Assembly (NCBI GenBank): GCA_964450305.1
Contig: CAYVFB010000008.1
Coordinates: 3,884-67,883, forward strand
Direction: 5' to 3'
DNA length: 64,000 bases
Origin: an uncultured Ruminiclostridium sp.
Lineage (GTDB): Bacteria > Bacillota > Clostridia > DSM-8532
Shown here: positions 47,504 through 56,340 of the stretch, piece after piece
Numbering within the stretch: the stretch's first letter is position 1
Layout of the letters: each line of letters opens with the position of its first letter
Notes under the pieces: model-generated
What the model was told of the DNA's origin: nothing
Databases searched by the model: none
What the model saw: the letters and a program-made list of their open reading frames with translations, nothing else
Made by a program: the position numbers and the translations under genes

Positions 47504-49363
47504 TTACTTAAACACCGAACCATCCGTTATACCAGACATCCACACCTGTACTGAGGAAGCATCGGCATCGAAAACAAGCGTATCATCTACCATGTCAAAT
47601 ACGTAGGTATAATATCCATCATCTGTATTCAAAGTCAGTCTGTTATTATAGAACCGATAAGTGCCATATCCGAGATAACTGCTCAGAGGTGAAAAGTGAA
47701 AGGTAAAAGTTCCATCTTCATTAAGGATTACCCCAGCGGTTTTCATAATATCCTCCGAATCGTCGAACCTGTATTCACGGAAGAGGGTTGATTCGGATAG
47801 ATCATCTTTGTGTTTGCTGATGAAGGACGTTACATCCTCTGTTCGTATGTCTATGGAATCCTCCGGCTCCGTGTTGGTGCGAAGGGTGATATACATTGGC
47901 TCTTTGTCTGGAATGCCGCCTATCCAAAGTGAGAACAAAAGATTAATTTCATAAACACGGATATAGAGGCCAGAACCGGTTTCCACGTAAGTAAACTGAT
48001 CAAAATCTTCCCACGAGAGCTCTTCGCCTTTTTGAGAAAGAACAATTACATCATTGAGGGATAGCCTGCCTTCATTACCGGGTGCTTCAGATCTGTTGCT
48101 CCCGGCACAGATGCTGTCGAGGTATTTTGAAAAATCTTCATTCTCAATGCGGTAAAATTCCCCCTGATGCATCAAACCTACATGAGTGCCATCGCTGCTG
48201 TAGCTGGCAATCATGAATTGCTCCATACCTTGCGCTTTTACTGTTAGCGAATACATAGGCGTAAAGCCGCCATAATCATTATTTTTTCTGCCAATTTTCA
48301 ATTCCCGCAGACGGTTCTTTAGCTCATCAAGCTCTGCGTCATTCAAATGGTATGGTTTCGGCAAGTCACGTCTCATATCCATTGTATGTGCCCAGGTTAT
48401 CTGAATATCGCCGAAAGTGATTGGGGCCTTCTTCGGATTTGTTAGAAAGCATACAGCTACGATGATGCAGACGACCACAGCAACGGCGGTAAGCCAGAAC
48501 GCAGGTTTTTTATAATTCAGCACGTTCTTTACTCTCTCTTTCACACTAACCTCTCCGAAAGCAAGCGGACAGGCAGTAATCACCCGTCGTGACACACTGC
48601 ATGAAAGTAATACATCCGAATAATCCGCACGCTCATCCGCGCACAATTCTTTGATGACCCCCTCATCACAGGCGAGCTCAATATCCCGGCAGAGAAGAAT
48701 GTACGCCACCCACAACACAGGGTTGAACCAGTATAAAGCAAGCAGTAAAAAACCTAATGGCTTGATTCGGTGATCACGCCGCTTGATGTGCGTCTGCTCA
48801 TGGGCGATCACATGATCTATATCCTTTTCGTTCATACTAAATGGTAGATATATACGGGGACGCAGTATGCCGAGCACGAAGGGCGATGCAACATTTTCGC
48901 TCTGATAGATGTTATCTCGAAGCAACACGGCAGTCTTTACCCGCTTGTTCAGGTGCAGATAACTGATAACCGTGTAGATAAGCATAGCAGCGGCACCAAC
49001 AATCCAAACGATAGCAGCTATTGGAATCCATATTTGCAATGGACTTACACTGGCCATAGGATTAGTGGCAAAAGATTCCGTTATGATGGGATTGACCACG
49101 CTGTTTAATACCTGAATACCGCTATGGATTGCTGGCTCCCGAGAGTAAATAACTTCCGGGCTGATTGTTTCTGCACTGGGGATTAGGCTCAGGATGCTTT
49201 CGATGGAAAAAGGCAAAATGAGCCTGAGGCAGACGATTCCCCATAGCACTGGATTCAGCCATTTTGGTGCCTTTTTAAGTAATAATCTTAGAATGACCAC
49301 AACAAGCACAAGCCAGCTTGCGGAGATGCTCATGTTGATCAATTTTAAAAATACATCAGTCAT
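47504..49363 (-). CDS. BlaR1/MecR1-type M56 metallopeptidase signal transducer with a non-PBP C-terminal domain
   Basis: HEXXH motif VIAHEQTHIKRRDH. 4-5 TM helices. About 320 aa of extracytoplasmic domain with no SxxK/KTG motifs. ATG 49363 overlaps the blaI-like stop (ATGACTGA). Confidence 0.8.
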   Translation of the reverse strand: MTDVFLKLINMSISASWLVLVVVILRLLLKKAPKWLNPVLWGIVCLRLILPFSIESILSLIPSAETISPEVIYSREPAIHSGIQVLNSVVNPIITESFATNPMASVSPLQIWIPIAAIVWIVGAAAMLIYTVISYLHLNKRVKTAVLLRDNIYQSENVASPFVLGILRPRIYLPFSMNEKDIDHVIAHEQTHIKRRDHRIKPLGFLLLALYWFNPVLWVAYILLCRDIELACDEGVIKELCADERADYSDVLLSCSVSRRVITACPLAFGEVSVKERVKNVLNYKKPAFWLTAVAVVVCIIVAVCFLTNPKKAPITFGDIQITWAHTMDMRRDLPKPYHLNDAELDELKNRLRELKIGRKNNDYGGFTPMYSLTVKAQGMEQFMIASYSSDGTHVGLMHQGEFYRIENEDFSKYLDSICAGSNRSEAPGNEGRLSLNDVIVLSQKGEELSWEDFDQFTYVETGSGLYIRVYEINLLFSLWIGGIPDKEPMYITLRTNTEPEDSIDIRTEDVTSFISKHKDDLSESTLFREYRFDDSEDIMKTAGVILNEDGTFTFHFSPLSSYLGYGTYRFYNNRLTLNTDDGYYTYVFDMVDDTLVFDADASSVQVWMSGITDGSVFK

Positions 49364-49730
49364 TGCGATCCCTCTTCCTGCATTGGTCAATCATTTTTTG
49401 TACTTCATCGATCTCTCTGTCTGAAATCTGCTGGTGTTTCGTAAATGCATTAATAAAAGCCGGCAGCGAACCTTCAAATTTTTTTTCAACAAGCTCATCG
49501 ATCTCGGCCGCCTGTATTTCATCCTTTGATATTAACGAGGATACGATTGAGTTTTCGTTTTTTAGAATACCGCGTTCGGAAAGGCGTTTGATGACTGTAT
49601 ATGTAGTGGTGGGTTTCCAGTCAAACTTCTTTTTACACAGTTTTACAAGCTCGCCGCTTCCGATAGGCTCATGTTCCCACAAAATAAGGCAAAAGCGATA
49701 TTCGCTCTCAAATACTTTCGGTGTTTCCAT
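49356..49730 (-). CDS. BlaI/MecI/CopY-family transcriptional repressor
   Basis: 124-aa winged-helix protein (FESEYRFCLILWEHEPIGSGELVKL...TTTYTVIKRLSERGIL). Confidence 0.85.
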   Translation of the reverse strand: METPKVFESEYRFCLILWEHEPIGSGELVKLCKKKFDWKPTTTYTVIKRLSERGILKNENSIVSSLISKDEIQAAEIDELVEKKFEGSLPAFINAFTKHQQISDREIDEVQKMIDQCRKRDRND

Positions 49731-49755
49731 ATTAACTGTTCCTTTCTCTAATGCA

Positions 49756-49799
49756 GTAGAGTCTACATAGAGTCTAACTCGTTAGAGCAAAAATGTCAA
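49756..49799 (-). promoter_or_regulatory. Candidate promoter and operator of the blaI/blaR1-like operon
   Basis: On the minus strand: TTGACA (49799-49794), 17 nt, TAGACT (49776-49771). The -10 region overlaps the direct repeat TAGAGTCTA x2 and the palindrome GTAGA-G-TCTAC. Confidence 0.5.
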
Positions 49800-49926
49800 T
49801 AGAGTTCATGTAAAAGTTACAGAATTAATTTACGAAAGGTTACTCCTGCGAAACCTGCTTTATTTTCGTGTTGTTTGATGACACCATGGTCGTGCGGGAC
49901 TGTTCACAGGTAGACAGGCGCAGCCT

Positions 49927-49952
49927 GTCATCCTGAACGAAGTGAAGGATCT
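49927..49952. repeat. Second copy of the GTCATCCTGA..AAGGATCT element
   Basis: GTCATCCTGAACGAAGTGAAGGATCT versus GTCATCCTGAGCGCAGTTAAGGATCT at 13816-13841 (23/26 identical). Confidence 0.7.
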
Positions 49953-49966
49953 CGCTAAGCTGGATG

Positions 49967-51055
49967 TTATGCAGCCGGTTTCTTTACCTTTGCGATCTTG
50001 CGTTGCTCGATGATGCCGCTTTCTTTTTTATCATTGCTTTTGATAAATACAAGACTGACTCCGCCAACAATAAGATTCAGATAATAGGTGAATATTCTCC
50101 AAATGAGAATAACCGACACGATGGGTGAAGACACAAAGAAATTACGGAAGAAGAAGTAGCCGATTCCCTCCGCGCCGCCAGCGGCACCAGGGGAAGGCAC
50201 ATAAGCCGTAACCTCTCGCAGCACAGCCTGAGAAGCAATGATTTCAAAGAAAAACTTGGTTGTGCCCTCCATAGAGACCAGCATGAACCAGGGGATGGCA
50301 TACTGCAACACAAGGTTCAGAATCTGATAGAAGGAAGCCTTGAGAATAACACCCCGATCATGAAGGATCAGCTCGCTGCCATCGCAAAAGCCAGCCAGCT
50401 CTTCTTCCTTTCTTTTGGTGTACCTGCTTGGGTCTTTTACAATCCTCAGCTTGCCCAGAAAATTAAAACCCCAGTCCACAACCTTGCGTGCCGCGTTTTT
50501 ATTCAGCAAAAACAAACCGAAGAAAGCAATAACGGCCAGATTGATGGTGACCCCAACGATGAAAAATATCGTGAATTTACCAATAATGCGGTTTAAGGCA
50601 CCTGCACCAAAGATAAAAGAAACAACACTGATGGAAAATACGCACAACTCAAACAAAACAGACTTGACCATGATAATATTGGCACAACGCCCCATGGGAA
50701 TTCCATCCTTCATCAGGTAGTAAACCTGAAATGGCTGACCGCCCGCAGCAAAGGGCGTGATGGAGTTAAAATACTGCCCGGCCATGGTCACACGAAATGC
50801 AGTACGCAGGGAGGTTTTCCCGTTCACCTTTTTTGTGAGTTCGTAATAGCTCATCATTTCGGCAAAATAGGAAAGCAGTACGCAGCCCAGAGCTGCGATA
50901 AGCCAGGTGGCGTTCATGCGCATGAACAGGCCTCTAAGCTCTTCCGGGCTGTGGGATTTAAACAATAACAACAGCATTACTGCCAGAATCAATAATATGA
51001 AAAAGCCGCTTACCAGTGATTTCCACTTCTTGCTCTCTTTTTTTTCTATGTTCAT
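49967..51055 (-). CDS. Flippase-like / lysylphosphatidylglycerol-synthase-TM-domain family membrane protein (UPF0104)
   Basis: About 362-aa polytopic membrane protein. Family recalled from the overall pattern (ITPFAAGGQPFQVYY). ATG 51055 is preferred as the start. Confidence 0.65.
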   Translation of the reverse strand: MNIEKKESKKWKSLVSGFFILLILAVMLLLLFKSHSPEELRGLFMRMNATWLIAALGCVLLSYFAEMMSYYELTKKVNGKTSLRTAFRVTMAGQYFNSITPFAAGGQPFQVYYLMKDGIPMGRCANIIMVKSVLFELCVFSISVVSFIFGAGALNRIIGKFTIFFIVGVTINLAVIAFFGLFLLNKNAARKVVDWGFNFLGKLRIVKDPSRYTKRKEEELAGFCDGSELILHDRGVILKASFYQILNLVLQYAIPWFMLVSMEGTTKFFFEIIASQAVLREVTAYVPSPGAAGGAEGIGYFFFRNFFVSSPIVSVILIWRIFTYYLNLIVGGVSLVFIKSNDKKESGIIEQRKIAKVKKPAA

Positions 51056-51489
51056 AAGTATACCGTATCCTCCCAAAAAAAATCTTCCGGTTTCTCATGG
51101 TGATGGGTACTGAAATTATCCGATCCAGAAACAGGATAAGCCAACTTCCTATATTATAACTCAAACATTATGACAGTGGCAAGAAAAAAGCCTTCTATCA
51201 GCATTCTATGCTTCAATGCTGCCTTTTACATGCAACAAAAACAGAAAAAAAACCGCATTCAGTTACCGATTTACATTACGACTGCATGACAGGAAAGTCT
51301 GAAAAGTGCACTGGAAGGAGGTAAAAGAAGCTTTCGCGCAATGGCTCAACAGGCTCTGCGAATAGCGTTTTCAAACAGTGACAGAGTAAAGTGATTTTGT
51401 TATGATGTTAGAAGGGCATTCGGGATATTATCGGCATCATATTCTTCTTACACCTGCCCGATATTTTTGTCGCGAGAGGAGAGAGTAGT

Positions 51490-52569
51490 ATGAGTGGAAA
51501 ATGTGTATTTGGAATCATCGGAAGCGGCTGGCGGGCTGAATTTTATATGAGAATCGCACAAGCGCTGCCAGAATTGTTTGAGGTTTGTGGTGTCGTTTCC
51601 AGCAGCGAAGAAAAAAGGATCTCCATACATAGCAAATATGGCTATCGGGCTTATAGTACACGGGAAGAGTTATTAAGCTCTAACAGACCCGATTTCATTG
51701 TAGTTTCGGTCAATGGTTCCGTTGCATGTGATGTAACCGCTCAGCTTCTTTTCGAGGGCATTCCTGTACTTGTGGAAACTCCTCCGGCCAAAGACCTGAA
51801 TGGATTGAAGCAACTGAACAGGCTTGCTGTCTCCGGCTCCAAAATACAGGTAGCTGAACAGTATTGGTTGCAGCCCATGTATCAGGCCGCTTTATCCGTT
51901 ATTCAATCGGGCAGGTTGGGAGAATGCCGCTATGTTCATGTTTCTTTCAGCCATGGATATCATGCGGTCAGCATGATACGCAAAGCGCTGGGCATAGGCT
52001 TTGAAAATGCTGAAATCGACGCCCGCGGGTTTTCTTTTCCAACAGTGGAGGGTTTCAGCCGAACCGGTCTTCCGGAAAAGGAGATTGTGCAGATGAATCC
52101 CCATCAGTTTGCATTCCTGGATTTTGGAGGCAAGGTAGGGTTTTATGATTTTGAAACCAGTCAGCACCGTTCCTGGGCAAGATCCCAAAGAGTGATGGCC
52201 AGGGGAGAACGGGGTGAAATCAACAACGACAGCGTGAAATATCTGAAAGATTACACAACGCCCATAGAATTCAGTTTGAAGCGGATGCAGGCGGGTGAAG
52301 GCACCAACCTGGAAGGGTTCTTTCTGAAGGGGATTTTAGCCGGTGAGGACTGGGTTTATGTGAATCCATTCCTGCCGGCCAGCCTGAATGATGACGAGAT
52401 TGCAGTAGCAACCTGTCTGGTAAAGATGCGGGATTACGTTATGGGAGGCCCTTCGTTTTACAGTCTGGCGGAAGCCTCGCAGGATCATTATCTGGCCATG
52501 ATGATACACAAGTCAATAGAAACAGGGGGCAGGATCGCAACAGAAACTCAGGAATGGGCAGAGCGTTAA
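51490..52569 (+). CDS. Gfo/Idh/MocA-family oxidoreductase
   Basis: N-terminal Rossmann-like FGIIGSGWRAEFY. 359 aa. RBS GAGGAG. Confidence 0.7.
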   Translation: MSGKCVFGIIGSGWRAEFYMRIAQALPELFEVCGVVSSSEEKRISIHSKYGYRAYSTREELLSSNRPDFIVVSVNGSVACDVTAQLLFEGIPVLVETPPAKDLNGLKQLNRLAVSGSKIQVAEQYWLQPMYQAALSVIQSGRLGECRYVHVSFSHGYHAVSMIRKALGIGFENAEIDARGFSFPTVEGFSRTGLPEKEIVQMNPHQFAFLDFGGKVGFYDFETSQHRSWARSQRVMARGERGEINNDSVKYLKDYTTPIEFSLKRMQAGEGTNLEGFFLKGILAGEDWVYVNPFLPASLNDDEIAVATCLVKMRDYVMGGPSFYSLAEASQDHYLAMMIHKSIETGGRIATETQEWAER

Positions 52570-52594
52570 AAGGGGCGATTATGTACACAATAGA

Positions 52595-54079
52595 CTATAT
52601 TAATTCGCTAACCCGGCGAATCACTCCGGGCAGGTCGATAAAGTCTTGTTCCACGGCTTTTTTCAATAGCGCAGCTGGAATGAAATGATCAAATTTTGGA
52701 ATAACGCTTTCACATTTAGTCTTAAAACGATGAACCTCCTGGTTTTTCAGGATATCATCCAGGGTAATGTTCGCAACCTTTATGTCCTGAAGGCATTCCA
52801 TCAGGGCTTCCAGGCTGTCCTCACGGGTTTTCACCAGGATGTAATAGGGTTCAAATCCACTTAAGTGAACAAGCTGCATTCGCTTTGGAATAAAATGCCT
52901 AAGCAGCAGCATCAGCGTGTTATAGTCTGCATTGCCCATCCACGGAAGTATGCAATAAAACCCCTTATCAATGCGAATCAAATTCCGGGCTGTAAGGTTC
53001 CTGTCCCTTGAAAGGATTCGTGCTTCTCTTAACCGGTTCAAAGCGCCCTGTTGCAGGAAGGGATACTCTTTCCTGTCTGTTAGCACCTGTTTCATCTTCT
53101 CCAGAATTCGTGTATGAATGACGGCCAGGTCGCCTTCATCTGAAATGACAATGGGGTTGATCATGGGCTTTACATACACCCTGAAATGCTCGGTATCGCA
53201 GGAGATGACCTCCCAGGTATGCCCGGCCAGTGTCAGCGGCTCACCTGTTGCAAACTCACGGTAAACCAGCCCCACCTGCTCGGAACCGTTTAATACCGTA
53301 TAGGTATCAAAGGTTTTAAAAACAGGGTAGAAGGTATAGCTGTGCACCAGTTTGCCACCCTCCATTCCCAGAATCAGCCCGCCATCTTCCAATTGCTGCA
53401 GGTGATCGAGCTTCAGCATTCGGCGGATCACCTGTTCAAAATCATCATGGGTTATATTCTGAAAGGGAGATAACGACAGAACCTGCTGTGCCAGTGCATT
53501 TATGGATAGCTCTCCCTTTCCCGCAAGCACACTGAGGGTTTGATGATACAGAATACCGAATGGTAATTTTGGTTTTTTGGGCGGTTCGATCCACCGATCT
53601 TCAAGGTAAAGCAGTATAACAGCGATGTTCTGAACCAGGTTCCAGGGGATTTTTCCCGGCAGGATAGCCTTTTCCTGTGGAATACCGTCATGGCATACGA
53701 AATAGATTTCTGCCGGCTGGCCTCTGCGACCGGAACGGCCCATGCGCTGCACAAAGCTGGCTACCGCCACAGGTGAATTGACCTGAATCACCCTGTCCAG
53801 TCCAGCGATGTCCAGGCCCATTTCAAGGCTTGAGGTGCCTATCACCACAACCGGCCTGTCTTTCTTCATGGCTGCTTCTGCAGCCTCACGCAGAGAAGTC
53901 GAGATATTTCCATGATGCACATGAAAATTATCTTCAGCCTGGTTTTCTGAGGCGATGGCGCGAAGCTGCACCGCTGTGGTTTCACTGCCCGCAACGGAGT
54001 TACAGAAGACAATGCATTGTTTGTGTAAACTTTTATTGTAAATATATTGCCAAATCCCATTCATCTCTTGACTCCACAC
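52595..54079 (-). pseudogene. N-terminally truncated Lhr-like helicase paralogue (RecA2 lobe and C-terminal domains only)
   Basis: Aligns by eye from residue 1 to about residue 275 onward of the 756-aa helicase at 57656..59926 (roughly 35-40% identity). Keeps motif VI MGRSGRRG but has no Walker A or DExH. An in-frame TAG at 54094-54092 closes the frame upstream. It could still be translated from ATG 54064 (GGAG 7 nt upstream). Confidence 0.65.
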
Positions 54080-54096
54080 AGAACATGTGTTCTAAT
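54068..54096 (+). promoter_or_regulatory. Candidate sigma-A promoter of the TerB/ATPase/helicase operon, with an embedded GAAC-N4-GTTC (LexA/Cheo-like) inverted repeat
   Basis: TTGACT (54068-54073), 17 nt, TCTAAT (54091-54096). AGAACATGTGTTCT at 54080-54093 spans the spacer and the -10. Confidence 0.45.
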
Positions 54097-54309
54097 ATTA
54101 GTAGTGGATGGTGTTGGGGGAAACCTGCGAGGCCATTGCCCGTTTCTTCCATTGTATGTTTTCGGTCTGCCTTTTACAAGAGGGATGGAAGGTGAATCAC
54201 CAAGGGTAATAAGGTCGTTGCTGTTCATACAGCAGAAAAGATATCGGGTGGCTGCGGATGGTTATATGCAAGTTGCCTCTGAACAGTAACAAGGGATAAG
54301 GGTATCATT

Positions 54310-56340
54310 ATGGACTGGAAGGATGACGAAGCATATTCCTACAGCTTTGAAGAAGACTGGGAGGGTCAGGGCACGGCTATTCCGCCCCGGCCAGATTGTC
54401 TGGGCAGCTATGAACCGGAACCGGAACCCTGCTGCGAGGAAGAATCGCAATACCAAAGTTTCAGGCCATTCGCAGTGGGGGGTACTGATGGGTATAACAG
54501 GCGGGGGGTCGCTAACGACCATAGCAGGCAATCCGCAATTGGGGTTGTGGATGGTAAAAACAGGAAACCTCTGACAGGGGTTGCACCCTCGCGGATGAAG
54601 CAGCTGAAAACGCTATATCAATCTGTCGTACGCCTGAACCAGGAAAGGAATGAAAATTCCTTTGTCAGGGAAGCCCAAAAACACGCCAATGATATGGGTG
54701 AAAAGGCTCGCCATGTGCCTTTCCGGTCTTATTGGCCCACCTACGAAGCCATGTCTCAAAGGCAGAAGGAATGGTATTTTTATCTCCGTTCACAGCTTCG
54801 GCAGGGGAAATACCCGAAAACCGATCTGTCCTATTTGTTTGTCTATATTTATGAAATCATCAACCAGGTGGGGGTCAACGACGCCACCGATGGTTTTTTA
54901 CAATTGTGTGGTTTATGGAGTGCTTATCGCAGCACCTATTCCATCCTCGATAAGTATTTGGTGTTGTGGGTGCAGGACTATATCCTGATCTATGCCAATG
55001 GGGACTTTACAACCATGATGACAAGAGTTCCCGATAAATCCCTGTTAACCCTGTTTCCCGATTCTCTGGCGGGCTGTTTCATGGAAAACCCCACAGCGGG
55101 CTTCACCCTCGATTTTATCAGCCGTTTCTCTGACTACCGCTTTCACACCGGACAATTGGCCAAAAGCAACCAGGGGGGGTATTTCCTCTCACTGCTGCCG
55201 AAGGTGTTCCAGGAAGTGAATCAAAGCCTGTTTCAAGAAAAAGGCAAAGGTATTTTTGGAATATACAGGCCTGTGCACAGCAACGGCAAACGGCGGATTG
55301 CCTTTCAAAACGCCATATACAGCGGCCTGGTCACTTCGGTGTGCCAGGATGAAATACCCTATTCCGACTATCCGCCGCTGCGGCTTTTTTTTACGTCGGT
55401 AGTCAAGGAAACCGAGAACCGCCTGCGCGAGCAGGCACAAATCAGGGGAAGGCTTCGGGGCATCGAGCTGGAGCCAAAGGTTCTTTCGGTGATACAGTCG
55501 TTTGTCATCAGCCAGCTTTGTAAAGTGGTTCCCGACGATGAAAAGAAGAAGATTCAGGTCGATCGGGATCGAATTGTCCAGCTGCTTGAAGAATCCAATC
55601 TCATCCGCCAAAGGCTGCTTGAGGGTATCGATGAAATCACAAGAGGGGTCCGTACGAACGATGCTCCTTTTTCTCAGGATGGGAATACTTCCTGCGAGAA
55701 TGATGAATGTTATGAAGATGGTGAGCCTGTCGACATTTTGGAAACACAGCCGGGTGGGTGTACCTCTTCAGGCGAGCAGGTAATTACAGTTGCTGATTGT
55801 CCTTCTGTTAAAACAACGCATACCTGCTTAAACAACCCTATGCAACTTGCTTTTAACCTTGAAGAGCCTGTTATAGCTCATAGGGAAGGTATTGTAGAAA
55901 CCAGAAAAGGCAAGGTGGAAGCCAAAGCTTCTATGGCGGAAGCCAAAGATTTTATTGTGGAAACCAAAGATTATATGGCGGAAGCCAAAGAAAGCATCAT
56001 GGAAACCAAAGGCACCTGGGCTGTGGAGCAAAGTTCAGCATGTACTGCGCTTCAAAGCAGCGGACAAACTCCTGAATTTGAGCTTTCAGGGGCTGGCTTA
56101 CTGAAGCAAAATCTTACGCAGAACCAACAAAGCCTCATGGCGTTTATCCTGCAAAACGGTGGTGAAGTGGGCACGGGTTTGATCAGCCACGCTTTTCCTC
56201 AACTGTTTCTCGAACTGGAAATGGATGAAATCAATCAACAGGCTATGGAAGCACTGGGGGACATCATTCTTGCCACAGAAGGCGCGCAGTGGCTGCTATA
56301 TGACGAATACAGGGCACAATTGGAAGGGGTTTTTAAATGA
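54310..56340 (+). CDS. sngA: TerB-N / TerB-C domain protein (SngA-like)
   Basis: TerB-N-like block HVPFRSYWPTYEAMSQRQKEWYFYLRSQLRQGKYPKTDLSYLFVYIYEIIN. TerB-C-like end (...LELEMDEINQQAMEALGDIILATEG...). Acidic N-terminal extension. Stop overlaps the next start (ATGA). Confidence 0.75.
   Translation: MDWKDDEAYSYSFEEDWEGQGTAIPPRPDCLGSYEPEPEPCCEEESQYQSFRPFAVGGTDGYNRRGVANDHSRQSAIGVVDGKNRKPLTGVAPSRMKQLKTLYQSVVRLNQERNENSFVREAQKHANDMGEKARHVPFRSYWPTYEAMSQRQKEWYFYLRSQLRQGKYPKTDLSYLFVYIYEIINQVGVNDATDGFLQLCGLWSAYRSTYSILDKYLVLWVQDYILIYANGDFTTMMTRVPDKSLLTLFPDSLAGCFMENPTAGFTLDFISRFSDYRFHTGQLAKSNQGGYFLSLLPKVFQEVNQSLFQEKGKGIFGIYRPVHSNGKRRIAFQNAIYSGLVTSVCQDEIPYSDYPPLRLFFTSVVKETENRLREQAQIRGRLRGIELEPKVLSVIQSFVISQLCKVVPDDEKKKIQVDRDRIVQLLEESNLIRQRLLEGIDEITRGVRTNDAPFSQDGNTSCENDECYEDGEPVDILETQPGGCTSSGEQVITVADCPSVKTTHTCLNNPMQLAFNLEEPVIAHREGIVETRKGKVEAKASMAEAKDFIVETKDYMAEAKESIMETKGTWAVEQSSACTALQSSGQTPEFELSGAGLLKQNLTQNQQSLMAFILQNGGEVGTGLISHAFPQLFLELEMDEINQQAMEALGDIILATEGAQWLLYDEYRAQLEGVFK
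55894..56019 (+). repeat. 21-bp x6 in-frame tandem repeat (heptads VETRKGK/VEAKASM/AEAKDFI/VETKDYM/AEAKESI/METKGTW)
   Basis: Units start at 55894, 55915, 55936, 55957, 55978 and 55999. Core: G(T/C)GGAA(A/G)CCAAAG. Confidence 0.9.

Noticed and set aside
53830-54289. Plus-strand ORFs 53830..54195 and 54047..54289 in or near the helicase fragment and the operon leader
   Set aside because: They have no RBS and no motifs. They overlap the helicase-fragment frame and the predicted promoter and 5' UTR.
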